From NCBI GenBank assembly GCA_905178155.1, contig CAJINV010000018.1, positions 1,034,609-1,098,608 on the forward strand: DNA of 64,000 bases. The letters are read 5' to 3'. The stretch comes from Amoebophrya sp. A120 (taxonomy: Eukaryota > Protista > Dinoflagellata). Every line of letters starts with the position of its first letter. Position 1 is the stretch's first letter. The position numbers and the translations under genes were made by a program. A model generated the notes under the pieces. It was not told the DNA's origin and ran no database searches. It saw only the letters and a list, made by a program, of their open reading frames with translations. Positions 36,001 through 46,898 of this stretch are shown here, piece by piece.

Positions 36001-36289
36001 TAGATTCTCCGATACTACAAGCCGCTCGACGAAAATCGCGAATCAACGGAGACGATAACCCGGCACTCGCCTTCTTAAAAACATTTCTCGCGCCATTTGA
36101 GGGTAGCAGGGTTGTTCTTGAAAATTCAGCGCCGGTTGTGGAAAGATGGTCGTCGAGCTGCTCCTGCTGTACATCTTGGGGACGATAAAGGGGACCAAAT
36201 TGATGGCTTGTTCTCACTGAAACAGTCGTTAGGTTTACTTCATGTCTTGTTGCGCAAGACAACATCGTTTCTTCAATCACACAGGTCAT
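30100..36289 (-). CDS. Multi-exon coiled-coil and low-complexity protein of unknown function; boundaries approximate
   Basis: E/K/Q-rich exons between introners (e.g. AKWEEMEKEKKTLKQELQQ, MQNEEIDEIRKQNEKLLSEVK, ORF 32463-33086) and S/T/G-rich exons at 33976-34660 and 35188-35949. Confidence 0.55.
30260..30581. mobile_element. Introner family E
   Basis: Family E TIRs; direct repeat cctcg. Confidence 0.85.
30639..30944. mobile_element. Introner family F
   Basis: TIR tattacaatgaaaaatgccccc...gggggcacttttcactgtaata; direct repeat cgact. Confidence 0.9.
31083..31361. mobile_element. Introner family B (near-identical to 4724-5002)
   Basis: Perfect TIRs; direct repeat cgcag. Confidence 0.9.
31495..31645. 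mobile_element. Introner family I
   Basis: Family I TIRs; flanks ctgca/ttgca. Confidence 0.8.
32266..32544. mobile_element. Introner family B
   Basis: Family B TIRs; direct repeat tggct. Confidence 0.85.
33669..33975. mobile_element. Introner family C
   Basis: Family C TIRs; direct repeat aactg. Confidence 0.9.
34661..34923. mobile_element. Introner family A
   Basis: Family A TIRs; flanks ctggc/ctgcc. Confidence 0.85.
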
Positions 36290-37297
36290 CGTCGTACAGT
36301 TATCAAAGTATTCAGCCTCATGCTACTTCATATGCAGTACGGAGTGGTAGTTCTCAGGATAAAATAAATTTGGAGTTCTCTGATTTTTTTCAGATGTAGT
36401 TGTCCTTGCAACTACTTGCTTGTGCGGCTATAATGCGATGATCACGTTTGTCCTGCTGGATTTTTCCATCTCTTACACACGACCACTACTTACTTCCTGA
36501 CCACGGTCAGAGACAAACACGCACCCCGGCAACTGCTTCCTGCAGTAAGTACCAACAATCTTCGTTTTGTCTTGTCAGCTCAGAGTCAAGAACCAGCACG
36601 AGATTGCCTGGAAATACATCCTTCACTCTGATATCACGCAAGAACTAAAGCATATCAGTGCCTACACCTTCGCTGCACAACCTTCAGAGACCGGCATTGT
36701 GAGATTCTGATCGTACTATTTCTGTTTGAGATATCATGTACGTGTCGTACCTATACCATGCATAGTACTCGCAACAGATGACAACGGTGAGACAACGCGG
36801 CAACGAAAAAACGACAAGGGCATCGTGGCACGACGCTGGCTGATTCTCCCACTTCCGAGTAGGAGAAAGGCTAGAGAATGGTACGGAAACACAATTAACG
36901 AGGGGGCAAGAAACGAGGCGGTAGCGGTACGTCCAGAGTGCATCACTGCTAGCTCAAAATGAATCAAACTGAAACTGCATCTGCACATAACTAATTGCAG
37001 ATGCAAAAAACGAAAACCACCCATCAACCTTGGGCCACCGCGGTACAACTAGCAGCTAGTACCAATAGCCGATGCGAAAAAAACTCGCGGAGAGACGATT
37101 GAACGGGGGACGTGGGCATCCTTCTAGCAGAGGCATGGCAAGAAGCTCTGAACACCCGCGCTGCTGTGCGTCACTTCACTTCGCTTCTTGTGAAGGTCTC
37201 AGGACTGAGCTAATTTCATTGTGAGTGTAATCACTGGGGGAGTCTCATGTTCGTCGTGGTGCCACTTCAAGACAAATCTCGCCTGTGTCGTGTGAAT

Positions 37298-37665
37298 TGT
37301 GAAGATGCGAACAAACTAACCAACGACGAGGTAGAACCCACTACGAGTAAAAACAACACCTAGTTGAGGTGGTACAAATATGCATGAGAGATTATTTGTG
37401 TGTGTGCCTTGACTGGCATCAAGGGCCCTGGGGTTCATTGGAAGAGTAAAGGTCGATGGTACTGCGTGCCCAGGCAAAACTGGGGCACTCGGGAACCTTC
37501 ACTATTCTTGCCGTGACGTTCGTGCCCGTCTTAGCCTGTTTCAGGTTCAGTAGTCATCTTACTCTAGTAGAATTGAATTAGTGACGATCGTGCCCGTTTA
37601 GGTGTGCTTTGGATCTTTGGAGTGGATCAAGGTTCTTATCGTTGGTTGATGATTTATGTGTCATA
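37298..37665 (-). repeat. 3' LTR (368 bp)
   Basis: Direct repeat of 43987-44350; by eye it differs by one 4-bp indel and one substitution. Confidence 0.92.
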
Positions 37666-37924
37666 GTCCCCCTCACTCCAAATCCAAAGTCAAAAAATAA
37701 AATCTGTATTGCAGGTTCTTTGTTTATAGTCTTTGCGAGACTTGCGAAAAATAAATGCAGGCGTAAATGGAAGCGAATAAATTTGGTGCATAATAAAACT
37801 CTCTTCGATAGTCATCAGCAGTCCCCCTTGCGCCGAATTTCTTCGCGTTCGTTCGTTCGTTCGTTGGTGTCCAGTTAGGGTTGCTGGCGGTCTGTGGTGT
37901 TTTTCATACTCGGAACGTTTTCGG

Positions 37925-40900
37925 TTAATCCAACTCGATTATGTCGTTTAGTTCGAGAAATGCACGAAACTCGATAGGAGGACAAGTCTTAGTCAAACCG
38001 TTTGACTTGTTAATCTTGGTCGAGTGATAAACGCACTTGATAAGTTGTTTCTCTTGCAAATCGCGCATCTGCATGCCACGGATGTCGATATGTTTCAAAG
38101 CGCTTTTGGTGCCGTTTTGGTTTTCAGTATACGAAATTGCGCTGGAGTTGTCACATCCAAGTTGAATAGGCAGTAAAAGGCTGTGTGATGCAAAGAACTT
38201 TTTCCAAAACGGGCGCAAAGATTCAAGACAATAGTGAAAACGTAAAACCATTTTCGCGGCTTCGCTCATGCCATAGAGCTCAGCTTCAGAAACGCTAGAA
38301 CTAACGCTGTTTTGACTTGCGCAACGCCATGCGATGGCATTTCCGTTCAGACAGATCACTACGCCGGAATTAGACTTTCTATCTCCGAAACTAGCCCAGT
38401 CGGAGTCGCTCCACGCGGTGAGGATAAGACGATCTCCAAACTTTTCACTTCGGTTTTTGTATCGGAGACCTCGGCGGGTCCGTAAGTAGCGCACGATGCG
38501 CTTGAGTGCCAAAATGCACTCGGGAGTAGCTTTCACGCGGGCGCACATCTTTAAAGCTACGACTATGTCCATCCTGGTTTGACACAAATACTGTAAGGAG
38601 CCAGTTAGTTCTTGCTTGGTTTTGACTAATTCAGGCACTTCAGGCGCAGAGACATCAGGAGGCGCATCCATTGGCGTGGAAGTGTTGCGACCTGTGTCAC
38701 CGCCAAAGCGATCAAGAATTTTCTGCACGTATTTGTCTTGGTTCAAGACCATGTCGCCGGTCTTTTTGTTTTCGCGGGCTTCGATGCCAAGGACATCGTA
38801 GACGAGGTGCGTACCTTCGTCGCGAACCTCTTCGGGTTGTAACTTTAGCGCGGGCCTAAGTTCTTCGTGGTACTTCAAAACTTCTTCCTTGTCACCGAAA
38901 AACCAAAAATTATCTACAAATACTAACAACAAAACACCGGCACGAGTCCAGAGAGTGGCCTCGATGGGGTTGCGCTTCCATTCTTGTTTGACAAGAACGG
39001 CATCGCGGTGGTCTTCCCAGGCGCGGGAACTAAGGCGCAGGCCATTCATGGCGTATTCTACCACACCAAGGCGGTAGCCTAGCTCGTTTTGCAATCGCTG
39101 ATCGAGATCGATCACGACCGGAACTGGGTACTTTGCTTGCAAAAAGGCTGAAGTAGCGTCGGAAGGGAATGCAAACATCCTAGGTGACTGAACTTTCATA
39201 CAAAGCAACATACGCAAAATACTTAAATCAGGCACAGTAGCATACTTCTGGTTCCCAGACATTTTGTCCAGAAAGCCTAAGCATACGATCCGGGCCTTAC
39301 GTTTGCCGCAGCGCTTTACACTAAGCAACATTTTGCAGGGTACTGCTCTGCTGCCGCTGCGTTTGAACCGTTCGACTTCTTCAGGTGTAGCAGGCCTGAA
39401 TACGTGAGAATGTGCTTTGACTTCTTTAGAAATGGCTTCTTTCCAAGCGGGCTCTGTAGTGTCAAAACCAGACTTGTGATCAGGGACAGCGATAGCTTTG
39501 TAGCAAACTTCACCAGGCTCCCAGTCAGCACAAATGAGGGGCGCAAGCATGGCTGCAAGCGTATTGTCGTTAATGTCGTTGATGTTGAGCTGTCGGCATC
39601 GTTCTGCGATGTCAGAAGCGACTTTGTGCTTTTGTGCTTCTTTCAAATGCGAATACTCGGGCTGAGCATCGATTAACGCGCGCACTGTGAGTAGCGTTTT
39701 CTCACGTTGTTCGTTGCGTTTTATCCAAGCGCCACGCACCGGCGCTGTTTCAGTTGTCGCGATCAACTGGCGTACGCGCTGCACCTCTTCAGATTTGAGT
39801 TTGTCGAAAACGCCCTGATAGTAGTCCTTGGTAAGACGGAACTTTTTCTCTAGTTCGATGGGTGCAACATCAAGTGAGACAGCCGGGCCACCGTTGCCAG
39901 GCGGCGGGAGCGTGTCAGGTTCACGAGATGACGAGCTTGCGCTGCTACTTGATGCGGCGGGGGCATCGGTGCTCGATTTTGGGTCGGCTTTGATGCTGTC
40001 AGCTGCATCGAGGGTTTTTGGTGCGACCTTCGCATTACCATCCGGAACTATTTTGATGGTTGTCTCTTCGTCGAGAAATTCGCCCTGGGGCGTGTCCGGA
40101 TGGCTATCAGGGACGTTGTGCGTTTTGTAGAGGCTTTTGAGTAACATGGGTGGAAAAGTCATAGCAGTGGCCGTCAGGTGCCTACGTACGTGAGACGCAT
40201 GCGAACGGCGATACCTGCCATCATGATCCACAACGAAAGTGACTGAGTTGTTGTTCACTTGGCGATGGATTAAGGTGCAGGGACCTAACCATGCTTCTTT
40301 GTCCTTGTCGAAAATTTCTACCAATTCACCAACTTTGCACTCGTCGGATTCATGATAAAAATTGCGCTGAAGTTCCCTCAGCTTCCGCGTCTCATCTACA
40401 AGCTGTCTGTCGTGCTTCAGCTCTTCGACCAGAGCACGGGCCCTACAACGGATTTTGTAATCGGACTCAGGACTTTGCTCGTTGACTAAAACTGCTTGCT
40501 GCTCTGTCAAATCTTCTACAAAATTAGGCTCGAGCTTAAACGGATTTATGACCCACTGCACCTGCGCAGGCGCAAGCCCGTCAAGCGCAGCGGTGGGCGT
40601 CATGTTAACCGCGTTTGTTGCTTGTTGTACCAGGCGCGGGATGATAGAACTCTTTTGGCCATAAACGTAATAAAGACGATGCAAAACAGCACGCAAAAGA
40701 CGATGGCGGCGCTCGCAAGTTCCATTCACCCAAGAAGCCTTAGGCGTCAGGAAAAGCTGAATGCCATACAGCTGGCACCATTCGCGCACTTTTATGTTGT
40801 CAAACTCCTTGCCTTGGTCGCAAAGAATGTTCTTGCCCATCATGCCAACAGTTTTCAAGTACTCTAAAAAATCAGCAGTGTCCTGCATCTTGACTGCTCG

Positions 40901-43867
40901 TTTGAAAGTTGTGGTGGTGCTGGCGCGGGAATGGATGTTGATCCCATGTAGCACGCTAAACTCCTTACCTAACGGAAAAAACGTATCTAAGGCGCACCAG
41001 TCGGACAAAGAATTGGCTTCAACTCCTCCGACTTTATGGTGGGGAAAGGCATGGGTCTTAAGGCGCGTCAAGTTGTGCTTGCAGAAGTGAATAACCATAC
41101 TTCTGGAGCGCTGGGAGTTGTCAAGCGTTCGGACAATTTCCCACAACTTTTGGAAAGTAGGCATAAAAAGGCAAGCGCCAAGCTGGCATATCTTTTCATA
41201 ACTAATTTGCTCGAAAGCCGGGGCCTCGGTCGAATCTGTTCGCCTGAACTTCTTCGCCGGGCGCGTTCGCTTTGGTTGGTCCTGGTCCTGGTCGGCCTTT
41301 TTGCGCTTTTTGTTCTTGGCCTTTTTCTTCTTTTTGGCCTTGGGCTGCTCAGAGCCAAGATGATCCGAAGTAGGTAGCTCAGAGCGGTCGGCATTTTCAG
41401 AATCGCTTGAGGCGCTGCGGGTTGCATCCTGGCCACGATCTTCCTGTTGCGCGCTTGAAGATGTGGGGTCCGAAGATACAGCAGGCTCAGGCTCATGCGA
41501 TTGGTCCTCTGGTGGAACCTCTGGCGCGGGGAAAGAATAGGCACAAGATGCAAGCCACCTGACATCGTCGTCTTTGATTTCAAATGTCCGATGCTGGTGG
41601 TGACTCGGGCCATCAAGCACTACTACTCTTTCATCGAGATACGCTGACAAAATGCGAAGTTTTTCTTTGATCTCGTCATTGATGATGGGCGCCAGTAGTG
41701 CAAGTCGTTTTTGACGGTTGTGAACGACTTCTGCGATTATCTCGTTTGTGCTGAGATTTTTGCAATCGATTTCGAAAAACTGAAGACGCAAAGAGCTATC
41801 GAAACCAATCAAAGAATTAAAGTAATCATGGGTGGCGCACCACAAGTCCTGCATGAGTTCCTCGCTGCAGGTTACAAACGCCGTCTGGATCGGTTCCTTG
41901 TGGTTGATACGCACCGGGAGCTTGATCTGGGTGCATCCTTCCACGAGCTGGATCGCGTAGGATAAGAACTGCATCTTGTCCAAGGACATCGGGATACCGG
42001 CTCTGCGCAAAAGCGGATAACTCAGCAACACCCTGTTGCCGAGGCTAGGGACGTGGGCAACGTTCTGGAGCTTGATCGGCGGTGAGGTTTCCAACCAGAT
42101 AGAACCCGTGGTAGTACTGGTGGTCGGTCCGTTTGCCGTGCTAAACGACATTGCCGGCGCTTTCACGAGTTCATGCAGAACCCGCACCGGTCCCGCCATG
42201 TGCTTGCTCGCACAAGAATCCAGCATCAAGAACATCTCCACCGTGTTTGCTGTCGCGGGAGTCGCAAACGCACTGTGGGGGTGGTCGGGGCAGGAGATTT
42301 CGACAGCCACGGCACAGAAAAATCCGCCCTGCTGGTTGTAGTTCGGGTTCGCCGGTTGGTGGACCATCTGTTGTTGCAGTTGCTGCGGGGGGTACGGATT
42401 TTGTTGTTGTTGGTGCTGGGCACCGTACTGGTTGTAGTTCCCCTGCTGCTGCTGCTGCTGGTGGTATCCACCATGCTGCTGGTGGTGTCCACCGCTGTTG
42501 TGGTCGCCGGATGCTGCATACGAGTTGTACTGCTTCCCCGGTGCCCCAGTTTTGCCGCCGTCGGTATTCTGCTTGGTACGGCACTCCGATTCCCAGTGGC
42601 CGGCGCGGCTGCAGTAATCGCACCAGGCGTCCGGGTTGTACGGCTTCCGGGGTTTACCACCCTTGCCGCCCTTCTTACCGCCCTTGCCACTACCCTTCTT
42701 GCCATGACGACCGCCCTTGTGCTTGCGGCCGCCCTTCGGGTCGTGGAAGGCAGGGAAGGCGACATCAGGTTTCTTCTTCTTCCCGAAAAGCTTCTCCGCT
42801 TTGCCAATCGCAGCCGCCAGCTGCGTCGCGTTTCTCGGTTTGTCCTGGACGATGATGCCCCTGACGTTCTTTTGCGCGTTCCGTTCGGCGTAGCGGACGA
42901 CTTCCGAGAACGGCAGTTTGTCCTCAGGCAATTCAGCAAGAGCTTCGCAGAACTTCTTATACCACTCCTGTGGGTTTTGGTTCTGGTCCTGCTTGCAATC
43001 TTCCAGTTTCTCCATACCTGCATCGGGGTCTTGCAGTTCGTTCCGGAAGATCTTGATGATGCGCCGGAGGCGCTTCGAACTGTTATGCGCCTTGCGGACT
43101 GTCCTCCGCTTCTTCGCCGCTAAGTACTGTCGCAGGGTAGTAGTATGCTGGATTTTTGATTCAATCCCTTTCAGGATACGGCTCGGCTTGTACTTCTCCT
43201 GCGCGAGCGACAAGTACTCGGTGAACGGTAACGAGTCATCTTGATAGAGCGGGAGTTGCGACAAGACCATCTTCTTCTCGTCTTTTTCGTTCGACGATTT
43301 CTTTCGCTTTTTCGGTTTCTCGTCCTCCTCGGAACTCGCAGAACCGCTTGAGGAATCGGAAGAAGAGTTTTCGTCGCAGCTGCCACCACTGGAATCCGAA
43401 GAAGACAGAATGTCGGAATCGGAATCCTTCCGCTTCGGTTTCTTCTGTTTCTTCTTTTTCGTACTGGTCTTCGTGGCTGGTTTCTGCAACTGCTTCTTCG
43501 CATCCGCGTCGCGCTGTTGTTCTTCCTTCGCGACGTCCTCGAGCTGCTTCCGGAGGTCAGCAACGACAGTGCCGCCCTTGTCGTCTTTCAAGTCGCCCAG
43601 CAGTTTTCCCATCTGCGACAACTTCGCCACAACGCTAGGCGCAGTTTGCAGCGTCAGAGTGGTGTCGGCGGTAGAAGAAGTGTTTTGCTTTTTCTTCTTT
43701 TTCTTCTTGTCTGGGTTCGGCGTGATGGTTCCGTCATCACCGGCTGTTTGCTGTTCGCCCTCAGGCTCGCCAGAAGTTGCTGTTGCTGCTGCTTTCTCCT
43801 TCGCAGCCTTTTCCTTCGCAGTCTTCTCTTTCTTGTTTTGCTTCTGCGCTGCAGTCAGCTCGCCCAT
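37925..43867 (-). CDS. Copia Gag-Pol polyprotein (zinc knuckle, protease, integrase, RT, RNase H)
   Basis: CDYCSRAGHWESEC (CCHC); LMLDSCASKHM (protease); CALDTF..ILCDQGKEF..NGTCERRH (DDE integrase upstream of RT, the copia order); DATSAFLQA and LLVFVDN (RT); WSDSDWA, SVSEAELYG, CDNSSAI, KHIDIR (RNase H). Confidence 0.95.
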   Translation of the reverse strand: MGELTAAQKQNKKEKTAKEKAAKEKAAATATSGEPEGEQQTAGDDGTITPNPDKKKKKKKQNTSSTADTTLTLQTAPSVVAKLSQMGKLLGDLKDDKGGTVVADLRKQLEDVAKEEQQRDADAKKQLQKPATKTSTKKKKQKKPKRKDSDSDILSSSDSSGGSCDENSSSDSSSGSASSEEDEKPKKRKKSSNEKDEKKMVLSQLPLYQDDSLPFTEYLSLAQEKYKPSRILKGIESKIQHTTTLRQYLAAKKRRTVRKAHNSSKRLRRIIKIFRNELQDPDAGMEKLEDCKQDQNQNPQEWYKKFCEALAELPEDKLPFSEVVRYAERNAQKNVRGIIVQDKPRNATQLAAAIGKAEKLFGKKKKPDVAFPAFHDPKGGRKHKGGRHGKKGSGKGGKKGGKGGKPRKPYNPDAWCDYCSRAGHWESECRTKQNTDGGKTGAPGKQYNSYAASGDHNSGGHHQQHGGYHQQQQQQGNYNQYGAQHQQQQNPYPPQQLQQQMVHQPANPNYNQQGGFFCAVAVEISCPDHPHSAFATPATANTVEMFLMLDSCASKHMAGPVRVLHELVKAPAMSFSTANGPTTSTTTGSIWLETSPPIKLQNVAHVPSLGNRVLLSYPLLRRAGIPMSLDKMQFLSYAIQLVEGCTQIKLPVRINHKEPIQTAFVTCSEELMQDLWCATHDYFNSLIGFDSSLRLQFFEIDCKNLSTNEIIAEVVHNRQKRLALLAPIINDEIKEKLRILSAYLDERVVVLDGPSHHQHRTFEIKDDDVRWLASCAYSFPAPEVPPEDQSHEPEPAVSSDPTSSSAQQEDRGQDATRSASSDSENADRSELPTSDHLGSEQPKAKKKKKAKNKKRKKADQDQDQPKRTRPAKKFRRTDSTEAPAFEQISYEKICQLGACLFMPTFQKLWEIVRTLDNSQRSRSMVIHFCKHNLTRLKTHAFPHHKVGGVEANSLSDWCALDTFFPLGKEFSVLHGINIHSRASTTTTFKRAVKMQDTADFLEYLKTVGMMGKNILCDQGKEFDNIKVREWCQLYGIQLFLTPKASWVNGTCERRHRLLRAVLHRLYYVYGQKSSIIPRLVQQATNAVNMTPTAALDGLAPAQVQWVINPFKLEPNFVEDLTEQQAVLVNEQSPESDYKIRCRARALVEELKHDRQLVDETRKLRELQRNFYHESDECKVGELVEIFDKDKEAWLGPCTLIHRQVNNNSVTFVVDHDGRYRRSHASHVRRHLTATAMTFPPMLLKSLYKTHNVPDSHPDTPQGEFLDEETTIKIVPDGNAKVAPKTLDAADSIKADPKSSTDAPAASSSSASSSSREPDTLPPPGNGGPAVSLDVAPIELEKKFRLTKDYYQGVFDKLKSEEVQRVRQLIATTETAPVRGAWIKRNEQREKTLLTVRALIDAQPEYSHLKEAQKHKVASDIAERCRQLNINDINDNTLAAMLAPLICADWEPGEVCYKAIAVPDHKSGFDTTEPAWKEAISKEVKAHSHVFRPATPEEVERFKRSGSRAVPCKMLLSVKRCGKRKARIVCLGFLDKMSGNQKYATVPDLSILRMLLCMKVQSPRMFAFPSDATSAFLQAKYPVPVVIDLDQRLQNELGYRLGVVEYAMNGLRLSSRAWEDHRDAVLVKQEWKRNPIEATLWTRAGVLLLVFVDNFWFFGDKEEVLKYHEELRPALKLQPEEVRDEGTHLVYDVLGIEARENKKTGDMVLNQDKYVQKILDRFGGDTGRNTSTPMDAPPDVSAPEVPELVKTKQELTGSLQYLCQTRMDIVVALKMCARVKATPECILALKRIVRYLRTRRGLRYKNRSEKFGDRLILTAWSDSDWASFGDRKSNSGVVICLNGNAIAWRCASQNSVSSSVSEAELYGMSEAAKMVLRFHYCLESLRPFWKKFFASHSLLLPIQLGCDNSSAISYTENQNGTKSALKHIDIRGMQMRDLQEKQLIKCVYHSTKINKSNGLTKTCPPIEFRAFLELNDIIELD

Positions 43868-43971
43868 GGTTTGTCGTTGGGGTATTTATGATTCTAAATT
43901 TGTAATGCTGATAATTAGGCGCAAAGTGTAATTTTAAATGTTCGCAATCAGAAGTAAATCTTAGTGGTAAT

Positions 43972-43986
43972 TTGGGCTCATAACTC
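43972..43986 (-). other. Putative primer-binding site of the half-tRNA (initiator Met anticodon region) type
   Basis: gagttatgagcccaa lies immediately after the 5' LTR and resembles the GGTTATGGGCCCAG PBS of Drosophila copia. Confidence 0.6.
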
Positions 43987-44350
43987 TGTGAAGATGCGAA
44001 CTAACCAACGACGAGGTCGAACCCACTACGAGTAAAAACAACACCTAGTTGAGGTGGTACAAATATGCATGAGAGATTATTTGTGTGTGTGCCTTGACTG
44101 GCATCAAGGGCCCTGGGGTTCATTGGAAGAGTAAAGGTCGATGGTACTGCGTGCCCAGGCAAAACTGGGGCACTCGGGAACCTTCACTATTCTTGCCGTG
44201 ACGTTCGTGCCCGTCTTAGCCTGTTTCAGGTTCAGTAGTCATCTTACTCTAGTAGAATTGAATTAGTGACGATCGTGCCCGTTTAGGTGTGCTTTGGATC
44301 TTTGGAGTGGATCAAGGTTCTTATCGTTGGTTGATGATTTATGTGTCATA
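43987..44350 (-). repeat. 5' LTR (364 bp)
   Basis: Direct repeat of 37298-37665. Confidence 0.92.
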
Positions 44351-45016
44351 TGAATAGATGGTTGAATTGAGCTCAAACAGGACCCGAGTGGTGCCCTCAT
44401 TGGAACTCCTATCTCCGGCGAAGATAGTGCTGCACCTGCTCTTTTTAGCAATTATACTTGTGCTGCTCCTGCAGCTTTCTGGCACGATCATCACATTGAA
44501 ATTTCCTACCTTGAAGAAAGAGATACATTATACTACTGAACAATGCACACTCAGTGTGCTTTACCTTCATCTTACACGGAAAAAAAATGTTGCAGCTACA
44601 TCAGGGGAGGGGTCGAGCGAACGAAAGTGTTCCAAAACTGCGGAATGAGGCAGAATGGCAGGGGAGTTCCACCTAGCCTTTCACTACCTCTTTGTCGGTC
44701 CTTCTAGGCGAAGTAAAATCGCCATGGTTGCAATATTTAATTCTAGTATATAAAGCCATCAACTACTGGGAAACGCGAATAGTGAGCTTACTAAACCTAC
44801 TACACGACTTATGCGGTGGTTTCGTTTCCATCATACATGCTTATGTTGACCAATACTGAAGGCCCGCATTGTCAACGGTCTACCTGCCGCGGACAAGGAC
44901 CATAGTACTGCCCTACGTTTAATTCAAGCAAGAATTTGCTTCACCGTGTAGTTCTTCATGCACGTCGATCGACATTTGCCATGAGTACTTGCTTCAGGAT
45001 CGAAGCCGATTGCACT

Positions 45017-45490
45017 CTATTTCGTCAAATCCATTGGCCCTAGCATATGAGGCGGCGGGTACCGTATCCGCCGCGCCCCATCATCTTTCGGAACCAGTTC
45101 CCAAGAATTGGCGTCATCTGCCTTCACCGGGGGCGTCTTATCGTCCCCATCTGCGGGCTCGCGACCGCCAAAGCGCGGGGTGAGAGGGCTTCCCTCTGTT
45201 GCCCACTCTTGCGGTCCCCAGTTTTCTGGCAAGTTTTCTGGCATCGACAATTCATCAAACGTATTCAGCGACAATTCATCAACCGATGGTGCATGTGTCA
45301 GCGACAATTCATCAACGTATTTGTATTGGTCCCGAGGCCGGGGTCCGGTTCGCGTAATTGGCTTCTTCTCCATCTTCTTCCCCTGCGACGCCGCAAGCGA
45401 AACGGCCCCGACCAACACGAGGGACTCAAGTTCGCTACTGATGGCGAGCAAAGCGAAGAGAACCTTACTGAATAGCGAGACAAAATTCAT
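45017..45490 (-). CDS. Small intronless putative secreted protein with three (V/F)DELS repeats
   Basis: Hydrophobic N-terminus MNFVSLFSKVLFALLAISS; AT-rich upstream DNA; internal repeats VDELSL, VDELSL, FDELSM. Confidence 0.55.
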   Translation of the reverse strand: MNFVSLFSKVLFALLAISSELESLVLVGAVSLAASQGKKMEKKPITRTGPRPRDQYKYVDELSLTHAPSVDELSLNTFDELSMPENLPENWGPQEWATEGSPLTPRFGGREPADGDDKTPPVKADDANSWELVPKDDGARRIRYPPPHMLGPMDLTK

Positions 45491-46898
45491 CTTCGTTGTC
45501 TACAGCTAAGGCACGATTCAGAGTTTTTAACGTGAAAAATTATAATCACTTATTCCACTTTTGCAAAAAAATCCTCCTGCGAAAATAGATGCTCCATAAC
45601 TAATTCAATGATCAATCAAAAAAAATTGAAGTACTGTGTACTCTGGAGAAACTACTGCCCAAAGATGAAAGGAGAACTTGAACTTCCCAAAATCGTGACT
45701 GTTTTAAAAATACTATAGTGATGATGAAAGCAAAAGACATTCAGTGCGCAGCTTCCAGCCGCTCGTCCCGACTTGCGATTCATTTCTTGTGCACATCACA
45801 ATTATACCGACAATTCGAATTCCGCGGATCATCTGTACGTACGTATTTTCATTTCCCTTTTCGGAACCGTTCGTGTCAGACTGCATCAGCAAAATGACAC
45901 ACGAAGCAAACCGGACCACTAGACCCATCACGACCGATTGCGTTAGGTGCTCGGAGAGGATGCCTCGTCACAAGAGCAACTCCAAAACTTCGTTGGCCAT
46001 TTCTCGGAATGCCGAGGCGTCTCAAAGATCATCCCGTCCTGTTCGAACTTCGTGCATCTTCGGAAGCCGAAGCTCGAACAACTGCAATATTATCTGCACA
46101 CAACTACTAAATTGCAATCTATGTAGCGATAACAACTTTCTTCTAGCGTTTTCCTTATCATGTCGGAATCTTCATGCTTGTGAAATCTGATGTTGATGAT
46201 GCGCCGTCAACACGCTCTGCAAATTACTTATTGCTCACCTCCTCGATTTTTGAGACTCCTTCATTGACAAATCTGGTATGTTGCTTGTGGATTCATTTTC
46301 ATTTTGATGACGGCGCCATAAAAATATGAACGTTTTTCTAGAAGAAGATGGACATATTTTTGTGCATCGTGGAATATGGTAGTCCAAATGTCTCTGTTGC
46401 TGAAAAAGCATTTTCAAAAATTTCTCGAATTCCGATTGAAACCACTCGGCAGCATCCATGTAGGGACGCTGTAATACTACAGTGCGGCACGAGGTCAGTA
46501 ACACAATAAGTACGGATGGAAAAGGCAACAATTATATGCGCAGACCGGAATGATGTACTTATCGGCATCGCTATTGAAAAAATGTTGATTTGAAAAGCTC
46601 CAACTGGGATTGGAAAAGCGTACTTAAGCTCTGTGCGATGGGCAAGCATTCTCGTTCTCCTGCGGTCTTAAGCGTAAAAATAATTTCGGGCTTGTAGCGC
46701 TTTCTAAGGGCGGACGTGGGGTTTTTGATGCACGGGTAGGTAAAGTAGTGCTTTCACGCCTTTGACGCATTGCAGGTGGTCGACGGTGGCGAAGACAAAC
46801 ATCCAATCATACATTGACAATTTTGCTTAATACGGATTATACTACGAAAAAGATTGTGGCTACACAAAACAAAGTCCACGATCTTCCGACAAAAAATT

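Larger units (their letters stand above)
37298..44350 (-). mobile_element. Full-length Ty1/copia LTR retrotransposon
   Basis: Near-identical LTRs at 37298-37665 and 43987-44350; 5-bp TSD tgaat at 37293-37297 and 44351-44355; polypurine tract ggagtgagggggac at 37666-37679; single gag-pol ORF. Confidence 0.95.

Noticed and set aside
42151-43931. Long plus-strand ORFs inside the copia element (and similarly 53019-58724 in the LINE)
   Set aside because: They are antisense shadows of the real minus-strand ORFs.
45700-46850. Possible gene between the secreted protein and the transporter
   Set aside because: Only short, discontinuous ORFs with no recognisable motif; cannot be supported.
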